DNA from: Podospora anserina
Lineage: Eukaryota
Length of the DNA stretch: 64,000 bases
Direction of reading: 5' to 3'
Assembly (NCBI GenBank): GCA_017654855.1
Contig: CM030332.1
Location: 992,001 to 1,056,000 of the forward strand
Both the position numbers and the translations under genes were made by a program. Shown here one piece after another: positions 1-13,269 of the stretch (positions within the stretch are counted from its first letter, which is position 1; each line of letters opens with the position of its first letter). The notes beneath the pieces are model-generated. The model saw only the letters and a list, made by a program, of their open reading frames with translations, searched no databases and was not told the DNA's origin.

Positions 1-608
1 TTGCCCAAGGGGACTTCGACCTCGAGGCGGCGAAGCCTTCCGTTAAGTATCATATAGCCCAGCGCAGGTATCAGCTTGTTTTCCAGGTAGGCACCTCCGA
101 ACCGGTCAATACGAACGAGGACATGCCGCAAGCTCAGCCTTGGGCCTTCGACTGACCCAAGATTGCCGTCATCCTGCGTATCAGAGCTCCTCAGCAGCAA
201 CCTATCGACTTTCCCTGTCTTCATGAGGACCTTCCGGATGCCATGTTGGTCGGCCTTTAGTGTTTTCGACCGTTGGTTCGCCAAGCGAAGATGAAACATA
301 TTCCTGCCGTAGTATATCCCGCTCGCAATTCTATACAATTCCGTACACGTGAGCATCATGTTTACAGGCGGGCCTGCCACGTAAGGTTCGAAAGCAGTAG
401 GGTCATTGAGGAAATCCCGGGCAGTTTGGCCAACGCCTCGAGCGCTGATCACATGGCCGTTGGTGACGTATACGCCCCCCGGATAGAGGCATACGTGCTC
501 AACTATCTGCTCGCGGATTTCTGGAGGTAGGTCGAAAAAGTAATGAAACTTGTTGTGTGTTATACTCGTCTGCTGTGGATTCGGTGCGCTGATATCATGG
601 GATTCCAT
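1..608 (-). CDS. F-box-like (2EXR/DUF7730-type N-terminal motif) hypothetical protein; the 3' part lies beyond the left window edge
   Basis: Manual translation from ATG at 608 is open to position 1: MESHDISAPNPQQTSITHNKFHYFFDLPPEIREQIVEHVCLYPGG...NMMLTCTELYRIASGIYYGRNMFHL.... It has the F-x-x-LPPEIRxxI motif plus the LLTC...A..IYYGxNxF motif. Absent from the ORF track because it has no stop in the window. Confidence 0.8.
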   Translation of the reverse strand, partial: MESHDISAPNPQQTSITHNKFHYFFDLPPEIREQIVEHVCLYPGGVYVTNGHVISARGVGQTARDFLNDPTAFEPYVAGPPVNMMLTCTELYRIASGIYYGRNMFHLRLANQRSKTLKADQHGIRKVLMKTGKVDRLLLRSSDTQDDGNLGSVEGPRLSLRHVLVRIDRFGGAYLENKLIPALGYMILNGRLRRLEVEVPLG

Positions 609-2782
609 ATTCCAAGGCAGCGTAGACTCGTCGTGTCCCAGAGAGAGCGACTAAACACCATAAAGTAGACTTTGGTTAGACATCAAGAGATATTGTGACA
701 ATGAAGACGATGTGTTGAGTGAGCAAACTGAAGGTAATGATAGGAAGGAACCAGCATTTCAATGTGCGGGGGAGAACGGAAGTCCACAAAGCTTGGGGCG
801 GGGCCGAGGTAACAGACTCCACCGCAGATTGGTTGGCGCTGGGATACTCCTGAGCCTCAACGTTGGGCTTCCTCCCCCACAGTGACCAGGCACCCTGAAC
901 CTTCAGAGGTAACTCATTAAACTGGAGCCAGTATTTAAAAGCACTCTCGATGTGGGCTGGAGTAATCTTGCTCTTGCCAGCTAAACCGGCATTCTATTCA
1001 GCAGAAAGAGGGGGGTCGGCACTCTTTAGAATAGAGTGGATTACTGCCAATGGGATAGTGTAAGTGATGGCTTGAGAAAAGGACTGATCAGCGAGTCTCT
1101 TCAGTTCCAAAGAAGCCACCAGAAGTGTCGATGAGACAGGCTTTGGTAATTTACACCGTAACGATATGTTACTTGGAATCTTACTTAAGCCACAGATCAG
1201 CCTGGCAGCACGTGAATTGTACTCGAAGCCGTTGGCTACAATTAAGGGAACCCTCCAAGATCGAAAGATTGGATCTCAAAAATTTGGCGGATAGTTATGC
1301 ATACCCTCCCAGCATAACTGACATATCATTCCAGAGATGAGGCCAGCGGTGCTGCCCTCAGCATTCTAAAAGGTCTGTCTAATGCTTGTCAGAAAATGAG
1401 GAAAGTTCAAGTAACACAGAGCCAACATATCGCAGTGAACTCAAGCCGGCGTAGGATGCTTCAATACCTCTTCCAGACTACCAGATGTGGAAAGAGGGAA
1501 GGCGTGGGACACATACTGAAAGACAAGTGATGGGCTTGATCTCCATGAATGGAGCCATTGCTTAGAAGACTATATATGCATGCTCACCGTATCGCCATGC
1601 CTTCATCATATCCATCAGCGCATCAGACTATCTCCCCTACACATGCCAGGGAGCTAAAGGACATGATCCTTCCAGAACAAGGCATGACTAGACCGACTTG
1701 ATGTCTTCCAAGTCTAACGGTAGGCCCTCACGCTATTTTTGAACACCTCAAAACAATCATCAGACACCTACCAAGACATAACAAAGGCCTATTTGAATAC
1801 TTCTACACAAATTCATATTCAAAATACACATGCAAATGATACTATCACGCCTCTTAGCTATCTTTCAATGCGTATCAACTATCTTCGGACGTGTGTTGAA
1901 TATATTCTGATGCGTATTAAGTGATAATACAGGCATTTTAAACATCCTGATATGTGTTTTGGGAACAGGCCAATGCCTATAGAAGATAGTGGTAGACCTG
2001 TTAAAGACAGTGGAGCTCCTATGGAAAAGACAAGAAGACATATTTTTATGCAATGGTTGTGTTTGGGATATTTGAGAAGGCATATAGACTGACAGCTGAG
2101 GCCTGTTTGACATCTCTGTAGGCCTCAAAAGCATCCATATGGGCCTATGATAGTTGTTCACAGGCTTCTTGATAGGAACTGGAGGCATTGTTTGTATCTG
2201 CCAAGCTGTCTTGGGGATGTAAACAGACGTCTGGTCTATCATTATACGCCTGCGAGACATGACAATAGGCATAGCAAACATCAAAAGCATAGAACAAGGA
2301 AAGTATCAGTCGGGGGTAAGAGTCATTCTTCAACAATGCGAACATATCAAAACACGAAGCAGCAGCCAAAAAGACAGCTCAACATGGGTCAACAAACAAA
2401 TCAAACATTTGGTCATCACTATACTTTTTGGTGAACCTCCCTAGTCTACATGCATGGCGCCAAAGAGATTCGGGTCGTAAGAAGGAAATAAAAAGAGGAA
2501 AACACCCCAATCGTTGCAATCTTTGACATCCTCTTTTTGCCTAAGACGATGGCTCCGCAGCGAAATGCAATTCGAAGCCTGGATCCCTCTAACTTTTTTG
2601 TGTCCCGCTCCGCGAAACAGCATGGAAAGACGCCTCCCGTCATACCGAAAGGGCCCTAAAACGGCGGGCCCCGCTTGATGATCCAGACCGTGGCTTCATA
2701 TCCCGTCCCAAATGCGCCCGAAAACCTAGGTGAAAAGGCCCACCAAACAACCGCTCACTCGTTAAAGCGAAGAAATGACAAT

Positions 2783-5020
<2,238 letters not shown>

Positions 5021-5757
5021 TGTGAAGGATGTGTGGTTGATGAAGGGAAGTTTGTGAGGGAGAGCTGAATCTGGCGCAAAGAAGGAAACCCGATTGCAGC
5101 GTGGGGCAGGCGGGAGGGTTCTTAAATTTTCACAGATTTTTCGGTTGCGTTGAACTTTTTTTTCGTTCCCGCCAAGCCACGCCTCTAGCCCCACCCTCTT
5201 CCCACATCCAGTTAGAGAAGTGAGGGGCCAACCTGGGAGATAAGCTTATCAGCCCCACCTCGTGACAAAACACGTGACAGGAGTGGTTGCGGAGGTGGGA
5301 GGACCCTGGCCAACGGGGGCGCTAAACTGACAAGAGGGTGGGTGGTTTTGGGCGAGCGCCCGCCCGCCGCCCTCCAACACTGATGAATTTGCGACTGACG
5401 ATTTAACAAACCTCTTCGAACCACGACGCCACTACCGCACACACCCTGACCTTTGCCTGGAGCAAAGTCAAGCTTTCCTTCCTCACCTGCCATTAGAAAG
5501 AGCTACCTGCACCTGCCCCCGGCGGTTAATTGAGCTTTTTTCCCACCACCCAAACCGACAGGAGAACCCGAGTCGCATCTCTGCGAATCCCTCCCACTCA
5601 TAAAACCCAACGCCAAAAACGAGCGAACTGCGGGACGCAATCTTTGTTGCCCTGTGGACCCCTCTACCCAACTCCAAACCTCACCTCCCCATTTCCCGAC
5701 ACGGCAGTGTTTCGCATTCGACAAGTCGCCGCTCCACACACACACACAAACCTCACC
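5021..5757. promoter_or_regulatory. Bidirectional promoter of SSB and eIF4E
   Basis: Head-to-head ATGs about 740 bp apart. Contains an RRPE-like AAATTTTCA (5124-5132), a perfect palindrome GATAAGCTTATC (5239-5250), tandem CTCGTGACA/CACGTGACA E-box-like sites (5259-5279) and repeated GCCCCAC motifs. Confidence 0.55.
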
Positions 5758-6645
5758 ATGTCCGACCAGGTCGATCTTACCACCATCCCCATCTCCCCCG
5801 ATGGAGGTAACAAGCCCGAGGGCGCCTCCTCCGAGGACAACGACAAGACCGTCACCGTTTTCCACGACAAGGACAACTTCAATGTCAAGCATCCCCTTTC
5901 CAACAGGTGGACACTCTGGTTCACCAAGCCTGCCAGCGGAAAGGTTGGTATCTCTTTGGGTGCCCCGCACCTGCACGAACAGTCTCGGCTCAGCTACTAA
6001 CCGGACGATTCAGGGCGACAACTGGAACGATTTGCTCAAGGAAGTGATTACCTTTGAGTCTGTTGAAGAGTTTTGGGGTGTCTACGTATGTTGATAGGAT
6101 CCTGTGACCCTGTGTTCCTGATTTAGTATACGTGACTGACTGTTGTTCCTCTACAGAACAACATCGCTCCTGTTTCTGAGCTTGCGCTCAAGTCTGATTA
6201 CCACCTCTTCAAGGAGGGTGTGCGACCCGAGTGGGAGGACCCCCAGAACAAGCATGGTGGCAAGTGGTCGTACCAGTTCAAGGAGAAGAGAAACATCAGC
6301 ATCGATGACCTTTGGCTGCACACCATGCTCGCCGCCATTGGCGAGACCCTGGAGAACGAGGAGGACGGCGAGGTCATGGGCGTTGTTGTCAACGTGCGCA
6401 AGGCCTTCTTCAGAATCGGTGTCTGGACCCGCACCACCGGGAGACACGTGCCGGGCCGTGGTGACGGTGACGTTGCCGGCGGCAAGGGCCGCTCCCCTGA
6501 GAAGGGCAAAGAGATTCTGATGACGATTGGCAAGCGGTTCAAGGAGGTCCTCAGACTGCCTGCCACCGAGCAGCTCGAATTCTCTGGTCACACCGACAGT
6601 GCTCACAGTGGTAGCACTCGTGCCAAGGCGAAGTTCGTGGTGTAA
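5758..6645 (+). CDS. TIF45: Translation initiation factor eIF4E; exons 5758-5943, 6014-6085, 6157-6645
   Basis: Conserved Trp pattern: KHPLSNRWTLWF, FESVEEFWGVYNNI, DYHLFKEGVRPEWEDPQNKHGGKW, RIGVW. Canonical GT-AG introns. Confidence 0.96.
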
Positions 6646-7603
6646 GTTTTTTGGGGATGGTTAATTGCTAGAATATGTTTAAGCATGCATACGCCCTGAT
6701 ATTGGCTCTCTTATCCGAGAGCATATCATATCAGCCTGGCTTTATTGGCAGGATCGGGATAAGAAATAGACACGATGAGACGACAAATGGGCGGATCTCT
6801 TTCATTCCTTTGCGAAAAGTTGGTCATTTCATTTTACGTCGAGGGTGCACGGGGGGGAACGGCTCTCAGGACTGCTCATGGTTTATTCAATACTAGGACG
6901 TTATCTGCGATTTTGCAAGGCGTTTTCACAGTCGGGAGTCAATATATGTTAGCTTTTAGAGTCAATATCATGCAATCTTGCTGCTATTGCTGCTCATTTT
7001 GCGTAGCCGCAACCGGTGATGACAAAGAGATGGAGTGGTGACAACAATGCCTTGTTTGAGTGAGGTTGAAATTCGTGGAAAAACAAGCCGAGATGTCACA
7101 CCAATCGAGATGAACTGTATAATGGAGATGGGATAGAGTCTTTGACTTGTTGTAAGACTATTGCCTCTTATTCAGGCTCATATCCGGGCGTATAGATCTT
7201 ACTTGTCGGGTTCTAGGTCTCTGACTAAGGTTTATCTATGGCTGATAGAGAACAGTATTCCCCACAGTGTGTCTGTTCCAGTGAAATTGATGCTTGAGAG
7301 CTTCTGAGACATATCTAGATGCTATCTCGAGTGTTTTATGGACTTTACTTGGACATAAATGCCGAGGTAAGTTTTATATACGCTCTCAACGGTTGGAAGC
7401 ATATGAAAAGAAGACATGATGGGTCAGTTCAATTGTGCCTCCTCACTCTATTACATCCCAGACCAAACAATGCGATTATTTGATCAGAAAACTCCCAGCA
7501 TCATGCACACTCATCATTAGTACTAGCCTTCTAAACCCCCAAAGAATCTATACCATAGGAGAGTCTAATTCTATCATTTTTTTCTCTCTTCCCCCTTCCT
7601 ATC

Positions 7604-9583
7604 TTACATCTCATCCCCACTAAACTCCTCCCTAAAAACCTCCTTCACCAGCACCTTCTTATTGATCTTCCCCATCGCATTCCTCGGAATATGATCCACC
7701 ACCCTCAGCACCTGCGGGATCTTATACCCCGCCAACCTCTCCTTCAACGCCCTCCTCATCTCCAACGGCGACCACTTCCCCTCCTTGCAATGCTCCCTAT
7801 CCAAAATCACCACCGCGCCCACCTTCTGCCCCCACTTCCCACTCGGCACCGCCAGCACCGCAACCTCGGCCACCTGAGGCAGAGACAACATCTCCCTCTC
7901 CACCTCCAACGCCGAAACCTTCTCCCCCCCCGACTTGATAATATCAGCCGACTTCCTCCCCAGAATAAAATACATATCCCCCCTCGCCCACTCCCGTTGA
8001 GTCTTCATCTCGCTCCTCCCCGCCTTTTCCGGACCAGGTCTCCTGACGGCAACATCCCCAGTCTTGAACCACGACCCCCTCCCGTCCTTCCCTTCCACAA
8101 ACTCCTTCTTCGTAGCCTCTTCGTTACGCCAGTACTCTGCAAAAATCGTCGGCCCCCGAAGCTGAATCTCCCCCACCCTCTCCCTTCCCGTCTCGAGGTC
8201 CTTTTCCTGCCCCTTTTCAATGACTTGATGCGTGTCAACATCTACCAATCTTGCTTCTACCCCGGGTAAAGGCCACCCGACGGAGCCATCCACCCGATCG
8301 TTCGGATCGAGGCCGCAAGAGAGCGCCATGCCTACTTCTGTCATGCCGAAGCGTTCGAGCAAAATGTTCCCCTTGCTCAAGTCCGCCCAGGCACGCTTGA
8401 TGGGGGTGGGCAGGGCGGCGGAGCCGGAGATTGTCAGGCGGAGGTGGGCAGGGGAGATGGCTTCCCTGGCGGGTTCTTGGAGGTCTTCGGGGAGGGTTTT
8501 GAAGCTGGATAGGAGCCGGGAATAAATCGTTGGGACGGCGGTCAAGAATGTGATTTTGGGTTGGTCAGGGGGGGGGGTGGTGGTGAAGGGGGCGGCCAGA
8601 CGTTTCCATACTGCGTCTGCGTTGAAGGGGTAGAGGAATTCGATGGAGCTGCCAGTGAAGAGGGGGGTGAAGATGGCGTTGATGGTGCCGTGGATGTGGT
8701 GGAGGGGGAGGAGGTGCAGCAGGTGGTCGGAGGGGGCGTATTCCCAGGCTTGGATCAGGGAGCGGGCTTGGGCTGTCATGGCGGCTTGGGGGATGAGGAC
8801 GCCTTTCTGGTAGGGGGGGGGGGGGTTAGAAACTTGCGTGGGTGTGTAACTTATCTGGGGTTTGACTTACAGGTCGGTTGGTGGTACCAGAGGTGTACAG
8901 CATCATACCGGCGGAACCGGGGCTAGACTTGTCGAGTGTGACCTTTTCGTGGGGGCCTCCACCTTGGAGCTTGTCGAGCTGGAGGAAGGTTGGTTGGACA
9001 TCCAGCTCTGTCTTGAGAACTTCTTGAGCTTTGGAGGCAAATTTGCCGGTGGCTAACAACATCAATGCCTCGCTGTGGTTCAAGATGTACTGAAGCTCCG
9101 AGGCTGGAAAGGCCGGAGACATGGGCACAGCAATGGACTTGGCCCCGAGGATGGCCAGGAGAGTCACTTGGACAACAGAATCAGCCTCGTGAATTTGCCG
9201 GTGGGTTGGAAACGTGAAATTGGCTTACCCACATAGTCGTAGCTGTTCTCGGCCAAGAAAGCAATACGCTCACCATCCAGATCCTCCCTCCCGGCGCTCT
9301 CATAGAGACGATCCCTGGCCTTGGCTACATCCCCCAACAGCTCACCGTACTGAAAGCGCCGGCCGCTCTTGGAGTGAATAACCACAGTTGACTCCGGGTC
9401 ATGCCTGGAGATTGCCTCAAAAACGGGCAGCTTGGGCAGCGTCGAAACCATCCTGAGACCTGTAAAAGAAGACGACGACGACGATGATGATATCCTGAAA
9501 CGGTGTAGTAAAGATGAAGTAGAGACGGGAGCAGGTATTATCCGAACACCAGAGCTCCTGCCGAGTGCGCGGGCAAGGAACAT
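7604..9583 (-). CDS. AMP-dependent acyl-CoA synthetase, malonyl-CoA synthetase (ACSF3/MatB)-like; exons 9583-9229, 9166-8871, 8806-7604
   Basis: YTSGTTNRP|KG P-loop spans intron 2. Also LPLHHIHG, ERFGMTE (the ERYGMTE-type MatB/ACSF3 motif), WFKTGD and IPRNAMGKINKK. The N-terminus MFLARALGRSSGVR is Arg/Ser-rich like a mitochondrial presequence. Confidence 0.88.
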
Positions 9584-10522
9584 AGGAAAGGAAGAAGAAG
9601 GGGGCCGAAGTAGCGGCGGCGGCGCGGGGGAAAAAGGGAGGATCCGGTTTATAAGTTGCCTGCCCGGCCCTGAAACCTGGACTCTGAATCTGCGGTTACT
9701 AGCTTCGGATAACGCAGGTCGGTGGAATAGGAAGGAAAAGCAGCCAGGGGCTTGGTCCTCACACACCACCACCAACACCACCACTCACACAAAAGCACAC
9801 TGCACTGCGGGATGTAGCAACGGCTCGGCTGCCAGGACCGGGAGCTATGCAGCAGTTTCCCCAGCGGCTATCCCGTATCAGAGATTGCCGTATTTTTCTT
9901 ACAGGGGGCGGTGGCTAAAGTAAGGGTACGCTGAGATACCTAGGTACTGTGTCGGGTGGGTGTGGTGAGATGGAGATTGGAGAGAGGGAGACGGGGCAAC
10001 GGCGGTCTGGTCTGAAGCCGAGTCCGGCAGTACGCTTCCTACTTCTTTCTCCGGGCAGGCCCGCAGAAACTGTGGAGCAAAAAATGGGAAAGGTCCCGCG
10101 GGGCGCTCGGGATGACGAAAGCTTATGCTTGGGCAAAGTCGAAAGCCTCATCAAGGTCGCCGCACGCAAATAGCCCATTCTTGCGCGGCCCTCTATTTCC
10201 TCGGTGGAGACCGTGGGGAAACTCCTTTACAGTGTGATAGAGTTGCTTTCCATTGTCTTTGCCGTCCGCTGGAAAATCAGCATCCCACCACCCAAAGCTC
10301 ATCCCTTGCAGCAGACGGGACAGGGATTAACAGCCTGGGGCCAACTCCCATTGGTCTCCAACGCCGGCGAGGGGCTGCCCCACGTTTGTACCGGCGATTC
10401 GATTTCAAGCCTTGGAAATCGACCGACGACAAACACCACACCTCTGATTGGCATTTGGGAAGCCCATCTTGCATATTGTTGTCTTGTTCTCCCCGCAGAA
10501 CGGCACGTCCACTTCTCGCTCC

Positions 10523-11023
10523 ATGTTGCGCCGAACCGCCTTGAACCACCTGTCGAGAGCCTTTCGCCGGCCGCTTTCCACCATGGCATCGTCAGACACT
10601 CCCGTCGAGGATGTGATCCGAGAGAAGGTACATACATACCTACATACATTGGTCGTCGCTCTAAATTTGTCTGGCTGGTTGGTAGTGTGCCGAGCTATTA
10701 TGGAACGCTGACTTGCTTGTCTTGTCTACTACAACTAGATCTCGGCTGCTCTCCAGCCCACCACCCTCGAGATTCACAACGATTCCCACCTTCACGCCCA
10801 CCACAAGGCCATGGAAGGTAGCACCTCGAGAGAGACTCATTTCAGGGTAATCATCACCTCCGAGGCATTTCGCTCCAAGATGCAGCCCGCCCGCCACCGC
10901 TTGGTCTACTCGCTGCTCAAGGACGAGATGGCCCGAGAAGGCGGTATCCATGCTCTCCAACTACGGACCATGACGCCTGAAGAGGAGGAGAAACGACGTG
11001 CTCAGGAGGCTGGAAATCAGTAA
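10523..11023 (+). CDS. BolA-family protein (Bol1/Uvi31-like) with probable mitochondrial presequence; exons 10523-10627, 10739-11023
   Basis: Spliced product MLRRTALNHLSRAFRRPLSTMASSDTPVEDVIREK|ISAALQPTTLEIHNDSHLHAHH...ETHFRVIITSEAF...ARHRLVYSLL...GIHALQL is a typical BolA. Confidence 0.92.
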
Positions 11024-11191
11024 ACCAGACTTGACTCCAGAAGAGCAAACCGAGAAATGTAAAATAAAAACATGATACCCCCTTTACGACCAATTGCACG
11101 AATGTTGATATGAAAAAGGCTTGCCTGACAGCCGGCTTGGTATCTGACATCTACTCCTACAAAGCGGTCATGCTTACACAACAGCTCCGAC

Positions 11192-13111
11192 CTATTTGCC
11201 CTTGTTGCGGCGAGGGCCCCATGCTTCTCTCAAGAATGCTGCAAAACACTGTTGCTGTACTGCTTCCTGTTGCTCGGGATCATCGATCGTTTCCCACGGC
11301 CTTTTGATACCCTCACCCGATACCCTGTACTCTATATGAGACTTGGGAATTCCAGCAGCTGCTTGTTGAAGAGCGTCCTCTCCACTGTCTTGCAAGGATG
11401 GAGATGGCGCACCATCATTCATTGCCTCATTATCCTCCTGTCTGTCAACCGACCCCATGGCATCGTCCTCACGGTCCCAGATAGAATTACCAGACGCTGT
11501 TGTTTCCAACGACGGAAAGTTTACCTGCGTCTCAAACCGTACACTCGAAGATGAGAGTCTCGACGCCGTCATATTGACCGGCCGCGTGTTCTGGGTATGA
11601 AACTGGCGAGACGAGGCAGAGATAAACCTCGATGCCGGGCCAACAGCCTCTGTAGAGCGACGATGACTCCCACGAGGATGTATCTCGAATGGCCGGTCTT
11701 CTGCCGTGGAGATCGGATCAGTTGCCAACTCGGCGATGTGGGTTGAAGATCTCGTGGCAGGATTCAGAGGCATTGGCGGGGAATCCGGAAGATAAATAGG
11801 GCTTGAAGCTTGGTTGTGATGTGCGTTATGATGCTGTCCAATCCTCGCTGGTGCGGGCGTCGAGAACGCATTCGATCTTTGAATATGCTGCACCTCAGGT
11901 GGCTGAACGCTGGACTGTAGAGGTGTTGTCTGAGCTTCAATCACAGAGACTTTATCGGGGTAGCGACGGCGGACATCCTTTAGTCGGTCGCTAGAAAGAA
12001 CTCCTTTCATATACACTGGTTGTGGAACATGGACGCAATACCACTCCCAAGTGGTCAGGGGTGTTTGGTCCTCCCTGAGCTGTTCGATGTATTCCAGATA
12101 ATCGCCCGAGAAAACACGGACGTAGTCGTCTAGAATGTACTGTGGGACCGTCTTCTTTTTCTGAAGAGGTATTAAAGAGAGAATCCCGCGGACAAAGTCA
12201 CCCAGACTACCATCGTAGTCTGGATAAGTCTCTTTAAAGACGTTATAGGGGTCTTGGGAAGCAGGTACGTTTGGCGGAGGCTTGTCAGAACTCCCGCTTG
12301 ATCTTGGCAGACCACCGCCACGTAGAATCATGCTGGGAACAGCAGCTGGTTGCATGGCCGGCTGTGCACGTATGACCAGTGGACTGGCTGGCTGTGTACG
12401 AATCGCCATCGGACTGGCTGGTACTGAGGAACTGGGTGGTAACGACGAACCGGCTGGTGGTGGAGGGCTGGCTTGTTTTGGCAGAGAGAGAATCGATGGC
12501 CGGGTCAGCTGCATGCTAACCTCTGCTGGGTTGAGACTGGCAGCAACATTCTTCATAAGACGCTGTCGCTTTGGCTTGGGTGGCGACACGGTAGCAGACG
12601 GCTCGGGATATGTGGATGGTATGACTTGCGCTGAGGGCGGCGTCGGTCCAGGGGGAATAGGGATCCTGGAGGCCTGTGGTTCACCCGGGTGGGCGTCCGT
12701 ATGGAGCGGAGCTTTGGGGCCTTGAATCTCGGCTTCATCTTCAGAAGAGTCAGAACTGTTGCTAGGTAAAGAAAGTTCCACAACTGCTGCTAGCTGAGGT
12801 TCCTTTGTTTGTGGAGGAGCTGGTATAGGTGACGATGGCACGCCGGCAGCAGGTAGACGTCGAGAACTCTGTGAGCTTGCTCTGACATGATCTGATAGTG
12901 GAGGTTCCGCTACAGGAGATCGTCGCCGAGTTTCTGTATAGCCAGCTTTGATCTTGTCCAAAATTGCCACTGGAACATGACCCTTATGCCAAGAATCACT
13001 CTTATTCAATAGCTCCTCCTGGTCTTTGGGAACCTCAACAAGACGGCGGGGTATTTTTGTGGTTTTGCTGCCAAGCAGGCTGGGGGACCACGTCTGAAAG
13101 GGACCGGCCAT
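11192..13111 (-). CDS. Pro/Ser-rich protein of about 640 aa resembling the C-terminal part of filamentous-fungal TPP1/Est3 (shelterin) proteins
   Basis: Single long ORF. First ATG is at 13111 (the ORF-track start at 13192 is TTG). Ordered blocks VPKDQEELLNKSDSW and YNVFKETYPDYDGSLGDFVRG...ILDDYVRVFSGDYLEY sit in low-complexity sequence. The family assignment comes from my recollection of these motifs and is unverified. Confidence 0.6.
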   Translation of the reverse strand: MAGPFQTWSPSLLGSKTTKIPRRLVEVPKDQEELLNKSDSWHKGHVPVAILDKIKAGYTETRRRSPVAEPPLSDHVRASSQSSRRLPAAGVPSSPIPAPPQTKEPQLAAVVELSLPSNSSDSSEDEAEIQGPKAPLHTDAHPGEPQASRIPIPPGPTPPSAQVIPSTYPEPSATVSPPKPKRQRLMKNVAASLNPAEVSMQLTRPSILSLPKQASPPPPAGSSLPPSSSVPASPMAIRTQPASPLVIRAQPAMQPAAVPSMILRGGGLPRSSGSSDKPPPNVPASQDPYNVFKETYPDYDGSLGDFVRGILSLIPLQKKKTVPQYILDDYVRVFSGDYLEYIEQLREDQTPLTTWEWYCVHVPQPVYMKGVLSSDRLKDVRRRYPDKVSVIEAQTTPLQSSVQPPEVQHIQRSNAFSTPAPARIGQHHNAHHNQASSPIYLPDSPPMPLNPATRSSTHIAELATDPISTAEDRPFEIHPRGSHRRSTEAVGPASRFISASSRQFHTQNTRPVNMTASRLSSSSVRFETQVNFPSLETTASGNSIWDREDDAMGSVDRQEDNEAMNDGAPSPSLQDSGEDALQQAAAGIPKSHIEYRVSGEGIKRPWETIDDPEQQEAVQQQCFAAFLREAWGPRRNKGK

Positions 13112-13246
13112 TGTCCTAAGGGTGCGTAGAGCTGAGGTTGTCAAGAAGTTTCGATAATCATGATTAGAAATTGTGAAACTGTGTACATCCAATAGCAGAA
13201 CGATGTTGTGTGGTAGTGTTGCAGTAACAATAAGCTTGACAGTTGA

Positions 13247-13269
13247 ACGCGCTAAAGAAAGAAACGCGT
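13247..13269. promoter_or_regulatory. Paired MCB-like elements (ACGCG, ACGCGT) upstream of the 11192-13111 gene
   Basis: ACGCG at 13247-13251 and ACGCGT at 13264-13269, about 140-160 bp upstream of the ATG. MCB boxes are the known MBF (G1/S) sites. Confidence 0.45.

Noticed and set aside
10080-10400. GGAAAGGTCCC...GGGGCT resembling RNase MRP/P P4 motifs
   Set aside because: The conserved regions and their spacing do not match convincingly. An Infernal search would be needed.
9949-10821. Two + strand ORFs in the same frame separated by a single TAG (10171-10173), a possible A-to-I stop-correction target
   Set aside because: The joined translation has no recognisable motif or coding bias and overlaps the BolA gene in another frame.
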